A stretch of DNA of 33,972 nt. Origin: Octopus bimaculoides (Eukaryota). The first letter of the stretch is position 1. The number at the start of each line of letters is the position of its first letter. The notes beneath the pieces are model-generated. The model saw only the letters and a list, made by a program, of their open reading frames with translations, had not been told where the DNA came from and did not search any database. Of the stretch, positions 1-10,345 are shown in pieces. The position numbers and the translations under genes are program-made. The stretch covers positions 82,575,454 to 82,609,425 of the forward strand of contig NC_068989.1 of assembly GCF_001194135.2 (NCBI RefSeq). Reading direction: 5' to 3'.

Positions 1-194
1 TATATATAAAGGGAGAGAGAGAGAGAGAGAGGTTATGAGAGGTAATGGTGTCAAGAAGACCCAATGGTGTCAGGTAATGTTGAGTAAGTGCTAAGTGCTA
101 TGGACAGACAATAGTTAAGCTCCAGGTTCGGTGATTATGCGAGTGAGGAATCCAACGTAGGTCATATATCAGCATGTTTATATATATTAAAAAA

Positions 195-366
195 TTTCAG
201 AATGAGATAAAAATCCAAGGCTGTGAAAGATTTCAGAACATTTATAAATAGAAGGTCTTACAGCTGTTTCCAGGATATTTTATACATATCCCGGAAACAG
301 CTGTAAGACCTATTTATAAATGTTCTGAATTTTTTCACAGCCTTGGATTTTTATCTCATTCTGAAA
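195..366. repeat. Fold-back inverted repeat (~84-bp arms, 7-nt loop)
   Basis: 195-278 is the reverse complement of 286-366 with a few mismatches and a 3-nt indel; loop tttatac. Confidence 0.95.
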
Positions 367-565
367 ATGTATATATATATATATTAGCAAATAAGATGGA
401 TAGACAGAGAGATCGATAGATAGATATAGAAATAGATATATAGATACGTATATAAGTATTAGTTTATTGGAAGCCGAGCCTTCTCCCACAACATCACTGG
501 ATTTCACATATCCGATTGTCACAGCAGACGGAACGTTTCCACGACTTATATATATATATATAATA

Positions 566-602
<37 letters not shown>

Positions 603-904
603 TGCACACACATATATATAAATGTATTATTAATAAATAGATTATAATATTAGTGGCAATTCAAACCGTGAACCGAACAGGGAAGTTTTAAAATCGTGAT
701 AGTACTGGAAAAGTTCCAGCTTTGCTAGAGATAAGAGTCAAATAGATAAATAAATATACACATATATGTATACACACACACACACACANNNNNNNNNNNN
801 NNNNNNNNNNNNNNNNNNNNNNNNNNNNNNNNNNNNNNNNNNNNNNNNNNNNNNNNNNNNNNNNNNNNNNNNNNNNNNNNNNNNNNNNGATGATGATAAT
901 AATG

Positions 905-938
<34 letters not shown>

Positions 939-996
939 ATGGTAATGATGATGATGATGATGATGATAATAATAGATAAAAAACAGATAAATTAAC

Positions 997-1063
<67 letters not shown>

Positions 1064-1115
1064 ACATGAAAATTCTAATATGATATCGTTCTATCGTTCT
1101 CTCTGTCTTTCGCAG

Positions 1116-1391
1116 CTATTGAATGCAAGTGTAGCACAAAAGAATGTCGCCAAGAACGAACAGAGAGCTGTACAGCAAAATATGCCTGTTACGTGGAAAT
1201 ACATGTCGACGATAACGGCTTACAGACAGGCTCCGTTCTAAGGGGTTGCATAGACACAAAAGCATCGCTACTCTGTGAGAACAGACGACCAGAAAATATT
1301 CGGATTAATAAACCTTGGCCCTATTTATATTGCTGTGAACAGGATTTCTGTAACCAGCAAGTCTTACCCACGCTGCCCAGCAACAATAAGA
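1116..1391 (+). CDS. BAMBI: BAMBI-like pseudoreceptor, ectodomain exon (three-finger/activin-receptor-type domain); penultimate coding exon
   Basis: Polypyrimidine tract plus cgcag acceptor ending at 1115; a|gtaagt donor at 1391/1392; both ends phase 1. Translation IECKCSTKECRQERTESCTAKYACYVE...RGCIDTKASLLCENRR...YCCEQDFCNQQ has 10 Cys ending in CC-x4-CN, as in type I TGF-beta receptor and BAMBI ectodomains. Confidence 0.9.
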
Positions 1392-1991
1392 GTAAGTACA
1401 TAGTTGATTTTATTTGTTTGTTATTATAGAGGAGAGGGTTGTACCAGAGAAACAGGGACCTACATGTTAAGAACTCACCATGACTTTCTTAAATATTTGT
1501 CGTTTTAGAAACAATTCACATAAATTACTACAAACTTTAATTGTAATATTTATTATGCTAGAAATAGCAATCAAATCGCACTCCCTTGTTTCTTAAATCG
1601 TACTCTCTATGTCGGTTCTAGTAACGTATCATTCTTTTTTCTAATGATGACAAGTTACCAGCTTCTCGCTCAACTCCTCTGGAGAAATGGATCTAGTGAG
1701 TGGTCTCCTTTGACACTTAACGCGGTGAAGCGTAGTCGAATTCCATACACACACGCACATACACACACATACACACATACACGCACACATACACATATGT
1801 AGAGAGAGAAAGAGAGGGAGAGTGAGGGAGAGAGTTAAATAAGATTCGGGTAAGAAACCTTGTAGAATGCTATGCAAAGCTCGTCCACAGTTAATGGCTA
1901 CCTGATGTCATCATGCAGTGGAAATGCTCCTGCTACTGGATATACATCAGGAATTCCAGGGTATCCGTAGAGTTTACATAAACAAATAGAT

Positions 1992-2157
1992 GATAGAAAA
2001 TGGAATGAATAGCAGTCTTCATTTTTGAATCTCTACAATTGTTTCGACACATTTTTACACCTGTAGTACACAACATCTCACCAATGTACCATTGCTGTAA
2101 ACATGTGTCGAAACAATTGTTGTGATTTAAAAATAAAGAACGTCGTTTATTCCATTT

Positions 2158-2163
<6 letters not shown>
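1992..2163. repeat. Fold-back inverted repeat (~60-bp well-paired arms plus an imperfect inner stem)
   Basis: gatagaaaatggaat...caattgtttcgacacat (1992-2052) pairs with atgtgtcgaaacaattg...attccattttctatc (2103-2163). Inner tttacac..gtaca / tgtac..tgtaaa extends the stem. Confidence 0.9.
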
Positions 2164-2240
<77 letters not shown>

Positions 2241-2500
2241 GTCTGTCTGTCTGTCTGTCTGTCTGTCAGTTTGTCTGTCTGTCAGTTTGTCTGTCTGTCT
2301 GTCTGTCTATCTATTTCTACATGCGCGAGCGCGCGTACGTGTATAAAGTGAGATAAAGAAATAAGGAAAAGCGAGAAAGCGGATGAGTGTGCGTGTAAGT
2401 GTGTGTAAGTGTTGTGTGTGAGAGAGAGAGGGAGAGAGCGATAGAAGGAGAGAGAGAGAAAGAGAGAGAGAGAGGGGGAAAGAGAGAAAGAGAGAAAGAA

Positions 2501-2534
<34 letters not shown>

Positions 2535-2734
2535 CGAAATAGAGAGAGAGCACGTGATTGGTTCTTTTTCATCGATTTTCTGAAAGGACAAAAGGCAAAG
2601 CTAACGACAGTAGGACTTGAATACTTGAATCCAGCGAGCAGAAAGCCGGAAGAAAGAGCTCAATTCATTCTACTCGACGTAATTTACGACACTGCCAAAA
2701 ATGGCCAAGTCACATTCTCTACCCCTCTAAATAT

Positions 2735-3215
2735 AAAACGAAGATATATTACCTGATGACAAATGTTGCCTTTGTGGGGCTTTTACTGAGACAATAAACT
2801 ACATTGTATCAACGATTTCTCACACTTATTTTAAAGCCACAATAATTATCAGATTTATTTTGACATACACTTAAACACCAAATTTTAGCTGCTGCATCGA
2901 AATTCTCTCTTAAACACATCTAAACTGGCGCCTGTTTTTTTAAAAATGTCATTGTGAGAATATTATCGAACTTTAACATAAAGATTCCGTATAATATGAC
3001 GTGTAATATGGCTGACATTGTTTATGGCAAAAAGCACAAAAACGTCTTGATTATCGCATTAGCTGCTCCAAATGACTATATAGTTGTGTAAAGACGAACT
3101 GAAAAACGAAGAACTATCAACTTAACTGTTGAACTAAAAACATTATAGCAGTTAACGAATGTTTTTATAATCGGATTTGTTATTGGTACCACTGGAATGA
3201 CACGGCAGCCATTTC
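2735..3215 (+). mobile_element. Degenerate RLE-type (R4/Dong-like) non-LTR retrotransposon 3' fragment in the BAMBI intron
   Basis: DDKCCLCGAFTETINYIVS (Zn-knuckle-like), then NMADIVYGKKHKNVLIIALAAPND..RRTEK..LTVELKTL*QLTNVFIIGFVIGTTG, matching the restriction-like endonuclease pattern RPDIV..IID.A.P.D..KE.EK..L..EL..LW..V.IIP.VIG..G. Contains stops. Confidence 0.7.
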
Positions 3216-3386
3216 TGTAAGGACATCGACATGTAAGGATAGTCATAGATGCCTTCCATAAAATAACAAGACAAGGGACTTTAATTAGATTTAAGACAGT
3301 AATCTCACCCGGTATTTGTTAATCTTGAACATTTATGCTACATTTTTATGTATGATTTTCAAGATGTCTTTATATGTATTTTACAG

Positions 3387-3916
3387 TTACGGTTTCAAGT
3401 CCAGCGAGTGGTAGACCCTCCACTGTCTACCCTATGTCCCACCTTCAAGCCGTTAGTCGTCCGAACACAAGGAGCGTGAACCCGATGTACATCGCTATAC
3501 CTTTGGTCGGAGTGTGCATTTTGTTGGCCCTGATAGTGTTCGCCCTTTACTTGCTTCGACAACGGACAGAATATAACAGTTTCCAGTCTCCTGCCTCCGG
3601 AGTCAGCAACCCCAGCTCAACCAATGACCATTTTGATGTCAATGGCATTCACAGAGGCAAACATTCAGTTATGGATTTACCTTCGCGAAATTCCAAGTCA
3701 CAACCTGCAGTTAATACGACGGAAAGCAGCACAGGCTGCGGTACTAGTGCCGCTGCGACGGCAGCTTCCGCCGTGGCAGCGGTGGCAGCAGAAGCTGCTA
3801 CTTCCGGTTCGTCATTGTCGAAATCAGTTTGTAATAACAGAGACTTGATTAGCCATTGTTCAGAAAGCGACAGATCATCGTCTGGTAGTGAAACAAAACT
3901 GTTTCTCCAGGTTTAA
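3387..3916 (+). CDS. BAMBI: BAMBI-like pseudoreceptor, last coding exon (stalk, TM helix, kinase-less cytoplasmic tail, stop)
   Basis: Open frame to TAA at 3914-3916. TM segment YIAIPLVGVCILLALIVFALYLLRQR resembles the BAMBI TM as I recall it (IAVPIAGGLILVLLIMLALRMLR). No kinase domain follows. Confidence 0.85.
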
Positions 3917-3964
3917 GACGTTATCAACTGCCGCAGCAGGAGACTCACTTCAAAAAATGTAAAT

Positions 3965-4440
3965 TTAAACAACAACAACAACAACAACAACAGCAGCAGC
4001 AGCAGCTATTACCACGATAACAGCTGTAACAACAACATTAACATATAATCTTAAGTGAAAAACAACAGCAATATTAAACAAAAATAATTGACAATATGAA
4101 CAAAAACAAAAAGGAAACAACATAATGTAAAATTTAAAACAACATTTAATTAATTAGTGAAAAAAAAACAAAACAACCACAGCAACACAAACAACAACAA
4201 TTTAAACAATGAATGGAGATAACAGAATAGCAACTAAAAACAAAAATAAAAGTAATGGAAACTATATCCACATTAACCACTACAATAGCTTCACCACCAA
4301 CAACAACAACAAACGCAATAATAACAACCACAACAACCACAGCAACAATAACAACAGCAATAACAACCACAACACCAACAACATAAACAAAACAATGAAC
4401 AACTATGATAAAATTTATAACAAAGGAGGAAAAAGAGGAA
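3965..4440 (+). repeat. (AAC)n/(AGC)n-rich low-complexity tract, probably the proximal 3' UTR of the BAMBI-like gene
   Basis: Imperfect AAC/AAT/AGC repeats immediately after the stop codon. Confidence 0.75.
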
Positions 4441-4485
4441 ACTGAATGATTTCATTTCATCTCTCTCCCTCCCTCTCTCACACAG

Positions 4486-4525
<40 letters not shown>

Positions 4526-4953
4526 TCTTCTTCTTCTTCTTTCACCCTCTCCCTCGCATNNNNNNNNNNNNNNNNNNNNNNNNNNNNNNNNNNNNNNNNN
4601 NNNNNNNNNNNNNNNNNNNNNNNNNNNNNNNNNNNNNNNNNNNNNNNNNNNNNNNNNNNNNNNNNNNNNNNNNNNNNNNNNNNNNNNNNNNNNNNNNNNN
4701 NNNNNNNNNNNNNNNNNNNNNNNNNNNNNNNNNNNNNNNNNNNNNNNNNNNNNNNNNNNNNNNNNNNNNNNNNNNNNNNNNNNNNNNNNNNNNNNNNNNN
4801 NNNNNNNNNNNNNNNNNNNNNNNNNNNNNNNNNNNNNNNNNNNNNNNNNNNNNNNNNNNNNNNNNNNNNNNNNNNNNNNNNNNNNNNNNNNNNNNNNNNN
4901 NNNNNNNNNNNNNNNNNNNNNNNNNNNNNNNNNNNNNNNNNNNNNNNNNNNNN

Positions 4954-4996
<43 letters not shown>

Positions 4997-6188
4997 GTAT
5001 GTATAGCTTCAATGTTGTGTCATATGTCAAAATACACACATACACACACACATACAAGCATGTCCACCTGTTTGTTTATCTAGCTCTTTATCTGTCAATC
5101 AATCAGTCAATCACTCAATCAGTCAAAGTATGTATGTGTATGTATGAATATATGCATGCATGCATGTATGTATGTATGTATGTATGTATGTATGTATGTA
5201 TGTATCTATCTATCTATCTAGCTCGGTGCTGTTATGCAGCAGACGTGCTGAATAAACAATTTATACCGAAGGAGTGATTGCAGAACAAGAAAACAAACAA
5301 ATTCTTGATGACTTAAGAGACCTTATTTAAGAATTTGCTTTGAATTTTATTGTCAGCAATTTCAAACCTATTCACTTATATTCGTTCTTATCAATAATTC
5401 GGAGGCGATACGTGAGAGACATCCCTTTCTGGTTTTCGGTGCGACTGAATATATATCTCTACGTTTCCAGCTCACTTCTGCGGTTTGGAGAAGGCGTCTG
5501 CCTTAAAGATTCTCAGATTCCCTGCGTTCTAATGCTTTGCCAAGAGAAAAAAAAATTTCTAGCATCTTTGTCATTGCTGAAATGCTGTATAAGGGTGTGG
5601 GTGGAATCTATTATTCTGGTGTTTAGTGTATCCTTTGGGTGATACACTATAAGTCACATGATACTGACCCAGTGTTTAATAAGCAAATCTGGCTTGAAAA
5701 CATATTCTTTTACTGCTACCAGGTCTATTGCTCTGATTGGACAGCATCTACGGTGGTAGGCTTAATGAACGTCCGTACAAGAGTATACAATAGGCATTAT
5801 CTCATTCTGTAGTCTCTTTTTGAAATTCTAAGGAGGAAGTTCAGTCGGCTTTAGATAGTTCCTTAATCGCTAGCAATACTAAGGAGGGCTCAAATAAACC
5901 CATTCCAAGCAAGTCCCTTGCATATCAGCGCCAGCGCCAGCACCCAGTGGTCGTTTGGCTGGTATTTCTTCCTAGAAGTAGGTTCGTCTTACAAACGACT
6001 ACTTGTATTTTTCCAGCGGACATCAGTCCAAGTTTTTGCACTCAAATCTCGCTTCCTCGACTTGGCAGCAACAAAGTTCCTTACAGCGGCAGTTATTAAT
6101 ATACACTTTTATTTCTCCGGTTTTCACTGATTCATGTGTTTCTATGATAAAAGATGTTTTGTCCCACTTATCTGCATATGTATATATA

Positions 6189-6315
6189 CAGGGTGTCCAC
6201 AAGGTCTGGGTACATGGAGTAAATAAAATCATAACATAAACAATTAAATATAAGAAATAATAATTTCCTGAAGTATGTATTAATACTCATGTACCCAGAC
6301 TTTGTGGACACCCTG
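6189..6315. mobile_element. Tc1/mariner-type MITE, 127 bp
   Basis: 28-bp TIR cagggtgtccacaa(g/a)gtctgggtacatg with 1 mismatch; TA on both flanks (6187-6188 and 6316-6317). Confidence 0.9.
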
Positions 6316-7997
6316 TATATAAAGTTAAAAAATGAGGGTATTACTATTACATACATTCCTTCATTCCGATCGTTTCAACAATACATGGTTCAGATACATC
6401 ACGAATATAAATAATGTACCAGAATATCAGAACCAATAATTGTTGAAGCGATTGTAATGAAGGAATTAATACCTCCGTTTATGGACTCGCTGCAATAACA
6501 CTCTGCAACTAACAAATACTTCCTGTAATGTCAGTTTGTGTATAACAGTTTCCTTTAAGAAAAACTGTCCATTTCTATGCACTCTGTTGCTAGCCAAAAT
6601 CCGCAGGAGCGTTGATTGAGGTGTCCGTTAGATTTTTAAATCCCAATAAATCTAACATATAAATTCACTTCAAGACTGTACTCCATCATGGCTGCATTCC
6701 AATGAATGAGACAAGTAAAAGATATATATATATATATAATACAAATAATATGTGAGTATATGCATATATACGTACATGTAGTACATACCTACATCTACAT
6801 GTATATATAGTTGCATATCTGGGTACAGGACGTCACAAGAAAACGTGGGCAAAATAAGAAAAAGGACATAAACAGAGCACAGAAAACACACAGGCCACAT
6901 AGAGAACATTTACTTCATCAGCTGCCACCATTCTAAAACTAAGCGTTTCGAAGAGTTACGGCAAGACGCATTGTTAGAATGGCTCTTCCCGCGGAAACAA
7001 ATTAAACTTGTAACGCGGAGGAATATAGTGGCGAACAGAAAACACGACAAGAAAACGAAACAGTGAAAATAAACAAGAAGGGCTATATATATATATATAT
7101 ATATATTATTATAAAATCTGGTAATTAATCATATATTAATTAATATCGATTAATTATCAGGAGGCCAGCACATCTAAAGAATCAAAGAGATTCAGAAATA
7201 GTATCTGCATATTAGATAGATAGATAGATAGCAAACATACCAACAAATACAGTCATAACGACATACATGCATATACATACACAGGATGTATGTATGCGGG
7301 TAGGTAGGTATGTTTGTGTATGTATGTGTCTGAATGTAAGTATGGATGTTTATATAAACCATGGACATACAAAAATACATATATACAGTATATATATATG
7401 TGTGTGTCTGTATAACATTACGTAATGTATATGTGAAATTGTGTTAATAAAAAATAAAAGGATGTATATATTTATATACGCTTGTTAATATAATATAATA
7501 TAATAGAAATCGGTGCAATTTTTTGAGTGTTTATATTGTTCATTAATGGATTAATTAGAGAAGAACGAGTAGCATCATTGAACCCTTCACAGATTCTTCG
7601 TAAATAATTGGAGGAAGGGACGAAGATACCCTCGGGACGGAGACCTAAATTAAATGCGTATAGCAGGGGTGGAGCTGGCCTAAGGACCGTGTGAGGGTGT
7701 TATACTGGTCAACAGATTAAGTCTATGCTTCGTGTATGTTAACTATGAAATACATGTGTGAGTGTGTATGAGTGATGTATATGTGTGCGGGTGTGTATAT
7801 AATTATTTATCTCTCTCATTCTCTTTGCTCCTCTCTCTCTCTATATATATAGGTGTGCGTGTACATGTGTGTGCGCGCGCGCATGTGTGTGTGGATATGT
7901 ATGTATGTATGATTGTATGTATGTAAGTATACATTCGCTCTTTTTTACCTACTACATGGCCACAAACATGAATCTATATCATTATATGTAAATGTAC

Positions 7998-8077
<80 letters not shown>

Positions 8078-8595
8078 TTTTATCTATATATGTATATACA
8101 TATATATATATCTGTGTGGGTGTGTACGCATGCATATATATATGTAAATGCACACATGCACACACACACAGAAAAAGTTGTGTGCGTGTGTGTGTCTATG
8201 TATGTATGTATGTATGCATGTATGTATGTATGTATGTATGTATCGCCATGATTGTTTCTGTTTCTCTGTATATATTTTATTTGTGTATAACAGTGTCATA
8301 CTTTTTATTGACACTAGTTGCTATATTGCTAAGTTTTTGTTGAAAATAAACCGTTTACCGCCATTTTGATTTAAACGTTGTTTTATATTCTTTTCTCTCT
8401 AAATCTCTGTATTTCTTGCTCTCTGCCTCTCTCCATACCTCTTTTTAGCCTGATTCTAATATGTTTAGCCAAAATTTTGAACTCTACTGGATGCGGTGAC
8501 AAATGCCAAGCCACAACAATCAACCATCTTATGTTCTAGGATCACCTCAAGTTTTATACCTCATGCGATAGTCAACTAGGAATAATTGTTTCCCA

Positions 8596-8994
8596 TTTTT
8601 GGCACAAAGCCAATCGATTAGATCGACTCCAGTACGCAACTGGTACTTAATTTATCGACCCCGAAAGGATGAAAGGCAAAATCGACCTCGGCAGAACTTG
8701 AACTCAGAACGTAAAGACAGACGAAATACCGCTAAGCATTTCGCCCGGCGTGTTAACATCTTATTTCTTTACTGCCCATAAGGGGCTACACACAGAGGGG
8801 ACAAACAAGGACAGACAAACGGATTAAGTCGATTGTATCGACCCCAGTGCGTAACTGGTACTTATTTAATCCACCCCGAAAGGATGAAAAGCAAAGTCGA
8901 CCTCGGCGGAATTTGAACTCAGAACGTAACGGCAGACGAAATACCGCTAAGCATCTCGCCCGGCGTGATAACGTTTCTGCCAGCTCGCCGCCTT
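8596..8994 (-). mobile_element. Two tandem tRNA-derived SINE copies (family A; 8596-8758 and 8759-8994) with different 3' ends
   Basis: Reverse complement begins aaggcggcgagctggcagaaacgtt... and carries a B-box-like gagttcaaattcc; the same family recurs about 15 times in the window. Confidence 0.9.
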
Positions 8995-9628
8995 CATGCT
9001 AAATATAGAAACAGAAAACAAGAGAATTACACCAAGTATGGATGTACAACTACTTAAGAATTAAGAAGGAAACAGAATATCACGCACACATATAAAAAGG
9101 ACTTAAGGAAGAATATTAGAGACGCAGTAAATATTATAGATGCTTTACATTGATAGTTAAAACGGTATTAAATGCATAAAGTAACCCAGCTACTTCTACA
9201 ATAAGCTACCGATATAATCTTCTCAATTGAGTGAATTAGCAAGGCTAGACAGGAAAACGGGAAAAATAATGACTGCATTAAGAATATACCACGAATATTT
9301 ATTACGAATACAGAGTGGTGGTGGTATTATGCAATTAGAAAATTATTACAAAATATCTGCTGTTAATCGACGAAAAATATCCAGTAAAGAAAATTGAAAG
9401 ACTAATGCTAGTAAATCACTTTACGACATGAACAAAGCAAGAAGTTATATAACTTTGACGAAACAAGAAAAATAAATCAAAAGCTGGAATATGAAACTGT
9501 TGTCTGAAAGATTGGAGAAACAATAACAGACGATCAATTTAATATTACTAGACATAAAATGAGATTAGAAAATATCATACTAACTCATCGGCAAAAGAAG
9601 CTTTAGCATAATCAGTATTTGTCTAGAG

Positions 9629-9950
9629 TAGTATTTCTCAACGGAGACCATAAGCCCCGTAGGGATCCATATAAGAATTTTGGGGTCCATGCAACGCAGT
9701 AGTTTTAAGGGTCCATGAAAATTTTTACTTTAGATGTATTTGTGGCAAGAAACAGCTAAATTTCTTTCTCTAACACTTTACATAGTTAAACTTACGCAAA
9801 TTAATGTGTGGAAAACAAAGTAGTAATTTTGAAATAAGTATCTAGAAGACTAGTTTTTAAACATCGAATGGCTACGGGGGTCCACCAGGATAAAATAGTA
9901 ATCAAAGGGGTCCACAGATGAAAAAATGGTTGAATGGTTAAGAACTGCTT
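9629..9950. mobile_element. Non-autonomous hAT (Charlie/MER5-like) element, copy 1
   Basis: Degenerate cagtggttctcaac-type TIRs; 8-bp flanks gtctagag/gactagac (6/8 match, NTCTAGAN-like); homologous in inverted orientation to 24716-25048. Confidence 0.8.
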
Positions 9951-10208
9951 GACTAGACTAAATAAAGTCGAAGTGTTTAATGAATATATTGTTTTGAGAA
10001 GTACAGGACAAAGTTGAAGCCAAAACGTTTTTTATCTCAACATAGGACCAATGTTTTCCTGCTAGAAAATAAAGAAAAATTAAAGAATCAGAATTAGTAC
10101 TGCAGATTCTATGAAGGTTGTAAAGAACCAATTACAATTAAAGAACCAAATACAAACCGACGTAGTAAACATGTGTAAACATGTAGACATTCAATCAAGC
10201 ATTGTCAC

Positions 10209-10345
10209 TATTTACCAAACCCTGGTGTGTTTCTACATAAAATTTTCGGTCTTCCAAAATGGTCCTGGTGTATAAGTCGGCCTCTCTTGTTTAGCTGTAA
10301 ATTGTCGTCTGAAAAATTTGACTCGTATACCTAAAAATATGACTA
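10209..10345. mobile_element. Degenerate TA-flanked MITE (Tc2/Kanga-like) splitting the LINE Zn-knuckle region
   Basis: Interrupts attgtcac|ttctggttgtcca (IV-TSGCP); internal ggtgtataagtcg and terminal gactcgtatacctaaaaatatg resemble CCGTATTT..GTATAAG-type ends. Confidence 0.45.

Larger units (their letters stand above)
1392..3386 (+). other. GT-AG intron of the BAMBI-like gene
   Basis: gtaagt at 1392 and ttttacag ending at 3386. The phase 1 junction A|TT makes Ile and joins the two exons in frame. Confidence 0.85.

Noticed and set aside
3374-3386. ATG start of the 180-aa ORF and GTG start of the 1193 ORF
   Set aside because: The ATG is intronic, upstream of the acceptor at 3386; the GTG at 1193 is an internal codon of the ectodomain exon. 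Both ORFs are parts of one spliced gene.
4146-4545. Asn-rich ORF (4209-4445) and antisense Val/Cys-rich ORFs
   Set aside because: Products of the AAC-rich tract after the BAMBI stop.
5300-6180. Minus-strand frame containing CCPIRAIDL as a tyrosine-recombinase remnant
   Set aside because: One short motif amid many stops; no other catalytic residues recognisable.
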